DNA of 64,000 nucleotides. Origin: Alphaproteobacteria bacterium. GTDB lineage: Bacteria > Pseudomonadota > Alphaproteobacteria > GCA-2731375. The notes under the pieces were generated by a model. That model saw only the letters and a program-made list of their open reading frames with translations. It made no database searches and was not told the origin of the DNA. This document shows positions 1-10,402 of the stretch, piece by piece; position 1 is the stretch's first letter; each line of letters begins with the position of its first letter. Both the position numbers and the translations under genes were made by a program. The stretch lies in assembly GCA_030752605.1 (NCBI GenBank), contig JASMDX010000075.1:17086-81085 (forward strand). The letters are read 5' to 3'.

Positions 1-891
1 ACGGGCCTCGTAACGGTCGTTGGGGTTCTGCAGCTTGGGATCTTTGATCAGATCCTCGCGTTCAATAATGCGGGCCAGACGGCGCCAATGTTCCTCGTTC
101 GCCCGCGACGCGAAAATATAGCAATGATCGTCTGGACCGCCCGGCTTGCACGGATATAGGCCGCCGGGAGATGAACCGACTATCTCGTTGCCGACACGGC
201 GATTGGCGCTGTCGAAAGGCACTTGTTTCGACATGGGCGTGCGGCAATAGTTCAATACGGCGTCGCGCATGGCGATCTCGATGTGCTGGCCACGCCCGGT
301 GGTATGGCGTTGAAAAAGCGCGCCTAATATGCCCATGGCGCAAAGCATGCCGGTACCCGTGTCGCCGATGGTGGAGCCTGGCCTGACTGGAGGCCCGTCT
401 GGTTCACCGTTCACCCCCATGGAGCCGCCGGTGGCCTGGGCGATCATATCGAACGAGAGATAGTTGGCATGAGGGCTGTCGGGCGCGAAACCCTTAATCT
501 GGGCAAAAATCACCCGTGGGTTGATGGCGCTAAGGCGTTCATAGTCGAAACCCAGTCTGGCGAAGGTGCCCGGCGCCATGTTCTCGATCACCACATCGAC
601 GCTTTCGATTAGCCTGGCCAGCAGGGCCTTGCCCTCGTCATCCTTGAGGTTGCAGGTGATGGAGCGCTTGTTGAGATTGAAATAGAGAAAATAGTTGGCA
701 TCCACGCCCGGTTTGTCGGTGAAGCCCCACCGCCCCGGCTCGCCCTTGTTCGGCTCTTCCACCTTGACCACGTCGGCGCCCATCCAGGCCAGGGCTTCGG
801 TGCACGATGGCCCGGCTTCGAACTGGGTTAGATCAAGTATCTTGATGCCGTGCAGGGCGGGTGCCGTCTGGGATGAATTGCTGCCGTTCAT
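1..891 (-). CDS. Class III CoA-transferase (formyl-CoA transferase-like, CaiB/BaiF), 3' end off the window
   Basis: Not in the ORF track because it has no stop in the window. Hand translation of the minus strand gives MNGSNSSQTAPALHGIKILDLTQFEAGPSCTEALAWMGADVVKVEEP...NLNKRSIT...DVVIENMAPG...GDTGTG (catalytic Asp region). AAGGAAG RBS upstream; alternative start 897. Confidence 0.88.
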   Translation of the reverse strand, partial: MNGSNSSQTAPALHGIKILDLTQFEAGPSCTEALAWMGADVVKVEEPNKGEPGRWGFTDKPGVDANYFLYFNLNKRSITCNLKDDEGKALLARLIESVDVVIENMAPGTFARLGFDYERLSAINPRVIFAQIKGFAPDSPHANYLSFDMIAQATGGSMGVNGEPDGPPVRPGSTIGDTGTGMLCAMGILGALFQRHTTGRGQHIEIAMRDAVLNYCRTPMSKQVPFDSANRRVGNEIVGSSPGGLYPCKPGGPDDHCYIFASRANEEHWRRLARIIEREDLIKDPKLQNPNDRYEAR

Positions 892-1380
892 GGTCATCTT
901 CCTTTATGCTGCATGCTTGGCGGCGAGTGATCGCATTTGCCGCCATGAATGAAGAGAATTGTCAGAACCTCTGTATGCCGGGAACATTATAGACACATAA
1001 CGCCGCATATGGTGAACAGCCTTAGAACTGGCCCTTGTCTTGTCGCAGCCGTCAACTTCAGTTGCCCGTGGGGGCGAAAATTGCGGTACAAGGCCGCTAC
1101 CTGCAAACAGTGCAGTAATTGAAATAGCAAGAATTCAACCGGCAGATGGATTTCATTCTCGGCTGCCAGCATATTCCGAATTGATGTCCAGGGCTGATGA
1201 CCAGGCGGACTTGGCAGGTTAATCAAGTATATCGAGTATGGACTTGCCTGTTTTGCTTCAATATCATGTATGCGATGGCTTTGGCTTAGCCTTTGTTCGT
1301 TAGCCACATCTCATTTGGGCATAGCTCTAAGTTGTTATGCCGCATACCTATTTTGTTATTTACAGGAAGCGGGACCTTCC

Positions 1381-1821
1381 ATGCGATATCTTCACACCAT
1401 GGTTCGCGTATCGAACCTCGACGATACATTGAATTTCTTCTGCAATCTGCTTGGCATGGTGGAGGTGCGCCGTGTGGAAAGTGAAAAAGGCCGCTATACC
1501 AACATCTTCCTAGTCGCCTCCATGGATGAGGACGCCGCCAGGGAAACCCGGGCGCCGACCCTGGAATTGACCTACAACTGGGATCCGGAAGATTATGCCG
1601 GTGGGCGAAATTTTGGCCATCTGGCCTATCAGGTCGATAATATCTACGATACTTGCCAGAGCCTGATGGATGCAGGTATCACCATTAACCGGCCGCCCCG
1701 TGACGGCTACATGGCCTTCATCCGCACACCGGACAATATCTCGATCGAGCTGTTGCAGACTGGAGATGCCCTGCCCGCGCAGGAGCCTTGGGTCTCCATG
1801 GAGAACACCGGCAACTGGTGA
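1381..1821 (+). CDS. gloA: Lactoylglutathione lyase (glyoxalase I, VOC family)
   Basis: [43 protein letters not shown]. Start reassigned to ATG 1381 after AGGAAG. Confidence 0.88.
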   Translation: MRYLHTMVRVSNLDDTLNFFCNLLGMVEVRRVESEKGRYTNIFLVASMDEDAARETRAPTLELTYNWDPEDYAGGRNFGHLAYQVDNIYDTCQSLMDAGITINRPPRDGYMAFIRTPDNISIELLQTGDALPAQEPWVSMENTGNW

Positions 1822-1880
1822 TGACCGCCGGTAACCTTGCCCTGAAGAATAACTGGAACAACTAATTGGGAGTGCATGAA

Positions 1881-2552
1881 GTGGGAATGAATATCAACCT
1901 GACGGCGGAAGACGGCCATTCCTTTGGCGCCTACCGGGCTGATCCCAGCGCGGTGGCCAGAGGCGGAATCGTCGTCATTCAGGAAATTTTTGGCGTCAAC
2001 GACCATATTCGGGAAGTCTGCGACGGCTTTGCCGCGGACGGTTATCTGGCCATCGCGCCGGCCTTGTATGACCGTACCGACAACAAGAATTGTCAATTGG
2101 GCTATACCCCCGATGACATCGCCGTAGGCCGCGATCTGAAGGATGTATTTTCGTGGGATCTTTGCATGCTGGATGTAAAAGCTGTGGTCGATGTGATGAC
2201 GGGTGAGGGCTTGAAAATCGGCACCGTCGGCTATTGCTGGGGCGGCACGATTTCTTATCTGGCGGGCACGCGCCTGCCAGTGGCGGCGTCGGTGGTCTAT
2301 TACGGCGGCCAGATCATGCCTTATGTGAATGAAAAGGAAGGCTGCCCCATGCTGATGCATTTTGGCGAGCATGACGCGGGCATCCCCTTGGATGACGTGG
2401 CCGCTATCGGCAAGGCGCACCCGGACGCTGAGGTGCATACCTATGATGCCGATCACGGCTTCAACTGTGATCATCGCGGTACCTATAATGAAGCTGCGGC
2501 GGTTATGGCCCGTCAGCGCACCATGGAGCTGTACGGTCAGCAAGTGGGTTAG
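1881..2552 (+). CDS. Dienelactone hydrolase family protein
   Basis: QEIFGVN, GYCWGG nucleophile motif, D and HGF triad. GTG start after GGGAG. Confidence 0.9.
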   Translation: MGMNINLTAEDGHSFGAYRADPSAVARGGIVVIQEIFGVNDHIREVCDGFAADGYLAIAPALYDRTDNKNCQLGYTPDDIAVGRDLKDVFSWDLCMLDVKAVVDVMTGEGLKIGTVGYCWGGTISYLAGTRLPVAASVVYYGGQIMPYVNEKEGCPMLMHFGEHDAGIPLDDVAAIGKAHPDAEVHTYDADHGFNCDHRGTYNEAAAVMARQRTMELYGQQVG

Positions 2553-2811
2553 AACGCGTCGCTGCACGTCTCGGTGAAGGGCCGGCTCAAGCCGGCGCCT
2601 ATCCACTATTATTGGCCCTGAGATAGTCTTTTGGGGATGATCGTTGAGCTGCTCCCCCCTGGTTGGAGCACCCGGCTGGAGATTTTCTGGGGGCAAGGTT
2701 GTCGGCACTGGGATCACTATTGGAAAGTTCCAGCTCTAACCGGTCCAGAAATTTGGAGGCAGGCCAGCGCCTCCAGGCAGAAGCCAAGTCCTGGAATTTC
2801 CCAAAAAAGAA

Positions 2812-4290
2812 TTAGAAACCTTGAACCGCCTGCAAGACCCAAAAAATGACGCCGGCGATGACGGCGGAGGCGGGAACGGTGATGACCCAGGCGGCGGCGA
2901 TCGTGGTCAGGTGCGAGCGGCGCACCAGTTTGCGGCGCAGGGCCCTTTCCCGCAGGTCTTCAGGGTTGATATTTTTGCGTGCTTCTCCATACCGGCCATG
3001 GTTGATATGGGTGCGCCGCGCAGTCTGCCATTCCCGGTAAAACCCAACGCCAAAGACCGCGCCGACGGCGATGTGGGTGGAACTGACGGGCAGGCCTAGG
3101 GCGGAGGCGATGATTACCGTGATTGCCGCTGATAACGCTACGCAATAGGCCCGCATGGGGTTCATCTTGGTGATCTGCTGCCCTACGGTGCGGATCAGTT
3201 TTGGTCCAAATAGCAACAGGCCCGCCGAAATGCCGGCAGCACCGATAAACATTACCCAAAGAGGTATCTCGACTTTCGCCGCCACCTCTCCCGATTCGGC
3301 GGTACCAACGATGGCCGCCAGTGGGCCGACCGCGTTTGCTACATCGTTTGACCCATGGGCGAAGGACAGCAGGGCGGCGGAGCAGATCAGAGGAATGGTG
3401 AACAGGGAGCGCACGGACTTATTCCGGTTCTCCATGCCTTCCGCCTGGCGCCGGATCAACGGATTGACGATGAAATATGTCGCGGTGAAGATTGCCACGC
3501 CGATGGCCGTTATGGTCCAGCCGTCCGGGCGCCAGACCCGCTTCAGGCCCTTCATCGCCAGATAGGCGGAAAACACCCCCGCCATAATAGAGACCAGGAT
3601 CGGCACCCAACGCTTCGCGCCGGCGATTTTGTCGTCGCGATAAATAATGTTGGCCTTGATGAAGGCCAGAAATATCGCTGCGATCGCACCGCCCATAACC
3701 GGCGATATCACCCATGAAGCGGCGATCATGCCCATCGTGGGCCAGTTGATGACGCTGAAGCCGACGGCGGCAATGCCGGCGCCGATGACACCGCCGACAA
3801 TGGAATGGGTGGTGGAGACCGGCGCATTTAGCATGGTAGCGATGTTGACCCATAGGGCGGCAGCCAGCAGGGCGGATAACATACACCAGATGAACAGATC
3901 GGAACTGGGGAAGTCCTGAGGGGCAATGATACCTTTGGAAATCGTGCCGACCACATCGCCGCCGGCGACGATGGCGCCCATGGCCTCAAAGATGGAGGCG
4001 ATGATTAGCGCTCCCAGCATGGTCAGAGCGCGGGAGCCCACAGCGGCGCCCATATTGTTGGCAACGTCATTGGCGCCGATATTCAAGGCCATGTAGCCGC
4101 CGATGATGCCGGCGACAATGACCACGATGCGTTGTTCGCCTCCGGCAGAAGCAATTGTCGCACCGACCCAGACGATCAACAGGAACAGCAAAGCCAAGCC
4201 GATCTTGGTTACGGGCTGGGCCTGCTCGATCGTGGCGGCGCCGATCTGGTCAAACTTGGCAAGATCCTTGCTAAGTGTCTCTTTGTACAT
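2812..4290 (-). CDS. Inorganic phosphate transporter, PiT family
   Basis: Two PiT signatures, GANDVAN and HGSNDVAN, plus PVSTTH/PVSSTH and many TM helices. Confidence 0.93.
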   Translation of the reverse strand: MYKETLSKDLAKFDQIGAATIEQAQPVTKIGLALLFLLIVWVGATIASAGGEQRIVVIVAGIIGGYMALNIGANDVANNMGAAVGSRALTMLGALIIASIFEAMGAIVAGGDVVGTISKGIIAPQDFPSSDLFIWCMLSALLAAALWVNIATMLNAPVSTTHSIVGGVIGAGIAAVGFSVINWPTMGMIAASWVISPVMGGAIAAIFLAFIKANIIYRDDKIAGAKRWVPILVSIMAGVFSAYLAMKGLKRVWRPDGWTITAIGVAIFTATYFIVNPLIRRQAEGMENRNKSVRSLFTIPLICSAALLSFAHGSNDVANAVGPLAAIVGTAESGEVAAKVEIPLWVMFIGAAGISAGLLLFGPKLIRTVGQQITKMNPMRAYCVALSAAITVIIASALGLPVSSTHIAVGAVFGVGFYREWQTARRTHINHGRYGEARKNINPEDLRERALRRKLVRRSHLTTIAAAWVITVPASAVIAGVIFWVLQAVQGF

Positions 4291-4427
4291 CGCGCCCCCG
4301 CGCTCTAATCCCCATTGAAGCCCCCTGCGGACGCCAAGCTGAGCTGGCCCCATCAATTAGTGACGGAAAGTTAGAGGACCACGCGGGAACCGCCAATGCG
4401 GCAGATGGACACACCGGAATATAGGCG

Positions 4428-6035
4428 TCAAGCGGCCTTTGGCGAGGCGGCCTTGACGCTATCATCCACATGGGTTTCGTATTGGGAGAAATTCTCGCGA
4501 AAGCGGGCGACTAGGTCCTGCGCCTGGGCGTCATAGGCGGCGCCGTCGGCCCAGGTGCTGCGTGGGTCGAGGATCTCACTGGGCACGCCGGGGCATGATT
4601 CGGGCACCATCAAGCCGAAATTTTTGTCCTCGCGAAATGCTACATCAGCCAGATCGCCCTCCAGCGCCGCGCTCAACAAAGCCCGCGTATGCTGGATAGG
4701 CATGCGGTAGCCGGTGCCATAAATGCCGCCGGTCCAGCCGGTATTGACCAGCCAGCAATTAACGCCGTGCTGGGCGATGCGGTCGCGCAGCATGTTGCCA
4801 TAGACGGCTGGATGGCGTGGCATGAACGGCGCGCCAAAGCACGTGGAGAAGGTCGCCTGGGGTTCGCTGCCAACGCCTTTTTCCGTGCCGGCGACCTTGG
4901 CGGTATAGCCGGAGAGGAAATGATACATGGCCTGTTCCGGTGTTAAACGGGACAGGGGCGGTAGCACGCCAAAGGCATCCGCCGTCAGCATCACCGCATT
5001 GCGCGGGTGCCCAGCAGTGCCGGAGACGGCAATATTCGGAATGAAATCCAGGGGGTAGGAGGCGCGGGTATTTTCCGTATGGCTGCTGTCATCTAGGTCC
5101 AGGACGCGGGTATCTGGGTCCATCACGACGTTTTCCAAGACGGTGCCAAAGCGCTTGGTGGTAGCAAAAATCTCCGGCTCCGCCTCGGCGGAAAGATTGA
5201 TCACCTTGGCGTAACAACCGCCCTCGAAATTGAACAGGCCATTCTCGCTCCAGCCGTGCTCATCGTCACCAACCAGCTGCCGGTTGGGATCCGCCGACAG
5301 GGTCGTCTTGCCGGTGCCCGAGAGGCCGAAGAATATGGCGGATCCGCCGTCTGCCCCTACGTTGACAGAGCAATGCATGGGCAGGACGTCGTCCGCCGGC
5401 AGCAGATAATTCAAAATCGAAAATACCGATTTCTTGATCTCGCCAGCATAGGAGGTGCCGCCGATCAACACCATGCGCCGTTCGAACGAGGCCAGAATAT
5501 ATGTCCCCGTGCGCAGACCCGGCGTATCCGAGGCCGCTTCTAGGCTTGGTGCCTGCATGATCGTGAACTGGGGTTGGAAACTGGTCAGTTCTTCCGGCGT
5601 TGGCTGGATGAACATGTTGCGGGCGAACAGCGTATGCCAGGCTTGTTCTGTAATGATGCGGACACCGAGGCGATGGCCTCTGTCGGCGCCGGCCCAGACG
5701 TCCTGGACGAACAGGTCCTTGCCCTCGTAGTGGGCCAAATGAGCCTTCAGAATGTTGTCGAATTGGTCGGTTTCGATGGATTTGTTGACCGCGCCCCAAT
5801 CAATATCGCCTTCGTTGCTGGCCTCGCGCGCAATAAATTTATCATTAACGGAACGGCCTGTATGTACGCCCGTGCGGCAAACCAGCGCGCCGCCGTCGCT
5901 AAGCTCCGCCTCGCCATTGACCAAGGCCATTTGATACAGCGCCGGTGTCGCCAAATTCCAATATTCAGTGCCGGGATTGTTGATGCCCTGCGTGTTCAGC
6001 CCATGGCGGCTGATGTTAGCTCCGATTTGCGTCAC
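4428..6035 (-). CDS. pckA: Phosphoenolpyruvate carboxykinase (ATP)
   Basis: [63 protein letters not shown] before the GTG start. Confidence 0.97.
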   Translation of the reverse strand: MTQIGANISRHGLNTQGINNPGTEYWNLATPALYQMALVNGEAELSDGGALVCRTGVHTGRSVNDKFIAREASNEGDIDWGAVNKSIETDQFDNILKAHLAHYEGKDLFVQDVWAGADRGHRLGVRIITEQAWHTLFARNMFIQPTPEELTSFQPQFTIMQAPSLEAASDTPGLRTGTYILASFERRMVLIGGTSYAGEIKKSVFSILNYLLPADDVLPMHCSVNVGADGGSAIFFGLSGTGKTTLSADPNRQLVGDDEHGWSENGLFNFEGGCYAKVINLSAEAEPEIFATTKRFGTVLENVVMDPDTRVLDLDDSSHTENTRASYPLDFIPNIAVSGTAGHPRNAVMLTADAFGVLPPLSRLTPEQAMYHFLSGYTAKVAGTEKGVGSEPQATFSTCFGAPFMPRHPAVYGNMLRDRIAQHGVNCWLVNTGWTGGIYGTGYRMPIQHTRALLSAALEGDLADVAFREDKNFGLMVPESCPGVPSEILDPRSTWADGAAYDAQAQDLVARFRENFSQYETHVDDSVKAASPKAA

Positions 6036-6070
6036 TGCACTCTCCTAGGAGACGACGAAACGTCCACCGG

Positions 6071-6106
6071 TGTTAAACCGACAGACATTGATGTTAAACC
6101 GATTTC
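6071..6106. promoter_or_regulatory. Direct repeat TGTTAAACCGA x2 upstream of pckA, candidate LacI-family (PckR-like) operator
   Basis: Copies at 6071-6081 and 6092-6102, 21 bp apart. The second extends to the near-palindrome TTAAACCGATTTC with a central CG, as in LacI operators. Confidence 0.4.
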
Positions 6107-6554
6107 GAAATGGCGACGATGCGCCCGCCCTGATTAATACTGGCCCTTGGCGCAAGATAAGCGGCATTGGTTTGTGAGGCAATGATGGGGATCGGTAAAA
6201 ATTCACTCCAAGGGCCAGGATACGGCAATATGGTGCAGATTGGGTGTTGAGCAGCGGTTTCGGGTGTCTCGAAAATCAGATTGTCTTACTTTTGGTGGAC
6301 TACGAGAAGGCTGCGGGTCGCCGGCATTGCGAATCGGGATCATTCGCGGTTTCGGCGAAGCCTGGGCGCGGCACTTCGCTTGCGCGGCGTGGATCACAAC
6401 CCGCCGGCTCACGGCCAGTCACGGTCTGCATCAGATTTCGGGCCTGGCCCGCATTATTCGTCAAGCCATTGTTCCATGGCTATTGCGGCAAAAGGCGCGT
6501 ATAGCGCCCTGATGAACAGATGCCGACAATAGGGACCGTGTTTCCGCCAGCGCC

Positions 6555-7922
6555 ATGAATACGTCAATGCCCATCAATCCCAGCCACGGGCTGGCTGCGG
6601 ATTTCGCCGCCTGCGTGCGGGCCATTACTAAACTGGCCATGCCGGTGGCCGTGGCGCGAACGGGGATGCTGGTTCTGGTCATCGTCGATACGGCGATGAC
6701 TGGCTATTTCAGCAGTGCGGAATTGGCATACTATGGCCTGGGCCAAGCAGTTTTTATGGTCTGCATGCTAATCGGCGTGGGTATGCTGGTGGGTACGGCG
6801 GTGCTGTCGGCCCAGGCGGTAGGCGCGGGCAGCCATTCGGATTGTGGGGTAATTTGGCGGGTATCCGGGTTGCACGCTCTGGCATTGGGCGCATTGTTTG
6901 TGGTTCTGGCTCAGGGTGGCGGCTATTTTTACACGCTGTTTGGTTACGATCAGGACCTGACCGATGGAGCCAGCAGAGTTCTTGTTATTTTGACATTCGG
7001 TCTGCCGGGGCAATTGCTGTTCACGGCATCGATCCTGTTTCTCGAAGCCCTGAACCGGCCCGGTCCGGGTCTGGCGATTATGGTCGGGGCCAATGTCCTA
7101 AATGCGGTCTTCAACTGGTTGTTGATCGGTGGTGACCTCGGCTGGGGCGGCGCGGGTGCCGCCTGGGCAACGACCGCCGTGCGCTGGTTGATCGCCATGG
7201 CGGCGGTGATCTACATCCTGCGCATGAAAGATGCCGCAGTCTATAATGTGGCGGGACCTCTTAATGAAGCCCGCTTATTAGGGCGAAAGTTGCGCCGCCT
7301 CGGCTATCCTTTGGGCTTGGCGCAGGGACTAGAGTCAGCGGCCTTCGCCTCTCTCACTTTATTCGCGGGTCTTTTGGGCGCGGAGGCAGTGGGCGCATTT
7401 CAGATAGTCATGAACCTGGTCGCCTTTTGTTTCATGGCGGCTATCGGTGTTGGCACCGCGACGGCGGTGCACGTGGGCCTGGCCATTGGCCGGGGCGATC
7501 AGCGGCAGATGATGCTGTCGGGTTGGGGCGGACTTTTCACCATTTCTGTCTTCATGGCCGCCATGGCTGTCGTCATGGCCCTGTTTCCAGGTAGCCTGGT
7601 GCAGATTTTCACCCAAGATCCGGTACTGCTGGCCATCGCCGTGCCGACCTTGTTAGTGGCGGCGGCCACATTGATCACCGACGGCGCCCAGGGGGTTTTA
7701 ATGGGTGCTTTGCGGGGCACTGGGGATGTCTGGATTCCCTCGGCCCTGCACCTGTGCTCGTTCCTGTTGGTCATGGTGCCGGCGGCTTATGGCTTCGCCA
7801 TTTGGGCAGATATTGGCACGCCCGGTCTAATGATGGGCACTTTTTGCGGCGTGACCCTGGCGGCGGTGCTCTTAGCGAGTCGCTTCCACCTAGTCAGCAA
7901 ACGGCCGGTTGCGCGGCTTTAA
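6555..7922 (+). CDS. MATE family efflux transporter
   Basis: About 12 TM helices, LAMPVA...VDTAMTG, GALRGTGD motif, two-fold internal repeat. Confidence 0.9.
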   Translation: MNTSMPINPSHGLAADFAACVRAITKLAMPVAVARTGMLVLVIVDTAMTGYFSSAELAYYGLGQAVFMVCMLIGVGMLVGTAVLSAQAVGAGSHSDCGVIWRVSGLHALALGALFVVLAQGGGYFYTLFGYDQDLTDGASRVLVILTFGLPGQLLFTASILFLEALNRPGPGLAIMVGANVLNAVFNWLLIGGDLGWGGAGAAWATTAVRWLIAMAAVIYILRMKDAAVYNVAGPLNEARLLGRKLRRLGYPLGLAQGLESAAFASLTLFAGLLGAEAVGAFQIVMNLVAFCFMAAIGVGTATAVHVGLAIGRGDQRQMMLSGWGGLFTISVFMAAMAVVMALFPGSLVQIFTQDPVLLAIAVPTLLVAAATLITDGAQGVLMGALRGTGDVWIPSALHLCSFLLVMVPAAYGFAIWADIGTPGLMMGTFCGVTLAAVLLASRFHLVSKRPVARL

Positions 7923-7936
7923 CCTTGCCCTGGTAT

Positions 7937-7956
7937 GGTCACATTCTGGCCGCAAT
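7937..7956 (+). promoter_or_regulatory. Possible ChvI autoregulatory direct repeat
   Basis: GGTCACATT and GGCCGCAAT offset by exactly 11 bp just upstream of chvI. OmpR-family dimers bind tandem repeats. Confidence 0.3.
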
Positions 7957-8020
7957 GAGGGCCGGCCCTGGCGCTAGCTTGTAAATTGATTACATTACGG
8001 GCAGGAAAAAGAGAGATAGC

Positions 8021-8716
8021 ATGGCCGCGCTTATCACCTTGGTTGATGACGACCGCAATATCCTGACCTCCGTCTCCATTGCGTTGGAGGGGGAGGGCTT
8101 CAAGGTCGTGACATATTCCGATAGTCAGGCCGCATTACAGGCCATGATCACCAGGGCGCCGGATTTGGCGGTGCTTGATATCAAGATGCCTGGTATGGAC
8201 GGTATGGAGTTGCTGAACTGCCTGCGCCGGTTCTCCGCCGTGCCGGTCATTTTTCTGACCTCCAAGGACGAGGAAATCGACGAAATGCTGGGCCTAAAAA
8301 TGGGTGCGGACGACTATATCCGCAAGCCATTTTCGCAACGCCTGTTGATCGAACGGATCCGCGCCGTCCTGCGGCGGGCCGAGGCGACGGGGCGGAGTGG
8401 TAAAAACGACGTAGGGGAATTGTTGATCCGGGGCGATCTACGCCTCGACCCAACGCGCCACGAGTGCACCTGGCGCAACGCCGGGGTACAATTAACGGTG
8501 ACCGAATTCCTCATCCTGCAGGCGCTGGTTAAGCATCCCGGCCATGTGAAGAGTCGTGATCAGTTGATGGATGCGGCTTATGGCGACAATATCTATGTTG
8601 ATGACCGCACTATTGATTCGCATATCAAACGCCTGCGCCGGAAGTTCAAGGCCGCGGATGATGATTTCACCCGCATCGAAACCCTGTACGGCCTGGGCTA
8701 TCGTTTCCAGGAGTAA
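8021..8716 (+). CDS. chvI: OmpR-family response regulator ChvI
   Basis: [58 protein letters not shown]. Sits near pckA and upstream of a ChvG-type kinase. Confidence 0.93.
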   Translation: MAALITLVDDDRNILTSVSIALEGEGFKVVTYSDSQAALQAMITRAPDLAVLDIKMPGMDGMELLNCLRRFSAVPVIFLTSKDEEIDEMLGLKMGADDYIRKPFSQRLLIERIRAVLRRAEATGRSGKNDVGELLIRGDLRLDPTRHECTWRNAGVQLTVTEFLILQALVKHPGHVKSRDQLMDAAYGDNIYVDDRTIDSHIKRLRRKFKAADDDFTRIETLYGLGYRFQE

Positions 8717-8743
8717 ACGTCGTCAGGAAGCGGGAGGGCTTCG

Positions 8744-10402
8744 GTGGTAAGACAGATTGGCCAGCCCGGACCCCGTCCCACTGAACCGGTGCAGATGCGC
8801 CTGTCAGGCAACGAAGGCCGGGTTCCTGGGCGGCATCGCCGCTTTTCAATGTTAACCTTGCGGATACTGGCACCGAATGTGCTGGCCCTGGGCGTTCTTG
8901 TCGGGGGCATCTTTTATCTGGATCAATACCGCGATCTTCTGCTTGATGATAAGGTCGCGGCGCTGCAAAGTCAGGCTGAAGTGATTGCCGGTGCGCTGGG
9001 TGAGAGCGCCCTGACCAGCTCCGAGGACCGCCGCCTGGATGGCGAAATTTCCGCCCGCATTATCCGCCGTCTAGTCGCACCTACTCTGACCAGGGCTCGT
9101 CTGTATATGCCAAGTGGCGACATGCTGGCGGATTCGCGGCAGCTCATCGGCGCTGGTAGGCAGGTGCAACTGCGCTATTTGGCTCCCGCCGATCCATCGG
9201 ATCATGTGGTGCATTTTTTTAACCGAATCTATGACTGGCTGCTACCCAGCCTGCCGCGAGGCCCCGCTTTTCCCCGCTACCAGGAACGGCTCGGCCGTGG
9301 CCTGCTGGACTACCCTGAGTTGACGGTAGCCATGGGGGGTGAGGTCGGCGGCGCCATCCGCATGCTAAAGAATGAAACACTAATCCTGACGGTGGCGGTG
9401 CCGGTGCAGCAATTGCGCCGGGTAGTTGGGGCCCTGTTGCTGTCTGCCGACAGTGTCGATATCGAGGAAGGCTTGCGCAACGCGCGCCTTGCCATTTTGC
9501 AGGCGTCCGCCCTGGCGCTGACCGTGACGGTATTGATGTCGTTCTTTCTGGCCGGGACCATCGCTAGGCCGGTGCGCCATTTGGCCACGGCCGCTGACCG
9601 GGTGCGGCGCTGGCGGGGCCGCCGCGCGCAAATCCCTGATCTGAGCCGCCGTCACGATGAAATCGGCGATTTGAGCGTTGCCTTGCATGAAATGACCGAG
9701 GCCTTGTATGGCCGACTGGATGCCATCGAGGTCTTTGCCGCGGATGTGGCCCATGAAATCAAGAATCCCTTGACGTCGCTGCGCAGCGCCTTGGAATCCA
9801 TCGAGCGCACGGAAGACCCGAACCAAAAGCATCATCTGATGGAGGTAATGGCCCAGGATGTGCGCCGCATGGACCGTTTGATAAGCGATATTTCCAATGC
9901 CTCCCGGATCGATACGGAACTGGCGCGGGAGGAATCGGAAACCGTTGATTTGACGGCATTGCTACAAACCTTGATTTCCATGCGGCAATCGGCCACCGGA
10001 ACGCCGGGCCCGAGGTTCGAGTTGCACGTGGATACTGGCGACCCGGTCCTGATTGAGGGGCTGCCCAGCCGCCTCGGTCAGGTGGTCGACAATCTGGTTG
10101 GCAATGCGCTGTCATTTTCCCCAGCCTGTGGCGTGATCCGGCTATCCTTGGAGCGTCAGGGGGAAATGGCGCAATTGGATGTCGAGGATGATGGCCCAGG
10201 TATAGCGTCGGGGCAGGAAGAAGCGATTTTTCAGAGGTTTTACAGCCAGCGCCCACCAGGGGAGACCTTTGGCCAGCATTCCGGCCTAGGTCTATCCATC
10301 TGCCGACAAATCGTCGAGGCCCATGGCGGCACCATCACGGCGGGAAGACGCGCGGAGCTGGATGGCGGAGCACGCTTTACCGTTCGGCTGCCTATGCCTT
10401 GA
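8744..10402 (+). CDS. chvG: Sensor histidine kinase ChvG/ExoS
   Basis: Two TM segments, periplasmic PTLTRARLY motif, HAMP, ADVAHEIKNPLTSLRSA, HSGLGLSI. Start uncertain. Confidence 0.9.
   Translation: MVRQIGQPGPRPTEPVQMRLSGNEGRVPGRHRRFSMLTLRILAPNVLALGVLVGGIFYLDQYRDLLLDDKVAALQSQAEVIAGALGESALTSSEDRRLDGEISARIIRRLVAPTLTRARLYMPSGDMLADSRQLIGAGRQVQLRYLAPADPSDHVVHFFNRIYDWLLPSLPRGPAFPRYQERLGRGLLDYPELTVAMGGEVGGAIRMLKNETLILTVAVPVQQLRRVVGALLLSADSVDIEEGLRNARLAILQASALALTVTVLMSFFLAGTIARPVRHLATAADRVRRWRGRRAQIPDLSRRHDEIGDLSVALHEMTEALYGRLDAIEVFAADVAHEIKNPLTSLRSALESIERTEDPNQKHHLMEVMAQDVRRMDRLISDISNASRIDTELAREESETVDLTALLQTLISMRQSATGTPGPRFELHVDTGDPVLIEGLPSRLGQVVDNLVGNALSFSPACGVIRLSLERQGEMAQLDVEDDGPGIASGQEEAIFQRFYSQRPPGETFGQHSGLGLSICRQIVEAHGGTITAGRRAELDGGARFTVRLPMP

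Noticed and set aside
2553-2811. Several hairpins and a possible NUDIX remnant (IIPK) after the PiT gene
   Set aside because: The similarity is too short, and the hairpins are adequately explained as termination structures between convergent genes.
6203-6532. Short ORFs in the pckA-MATE gap
   Set aside because: Several overlapping frames, none with an RBS or family motif; the region looks regulatory.
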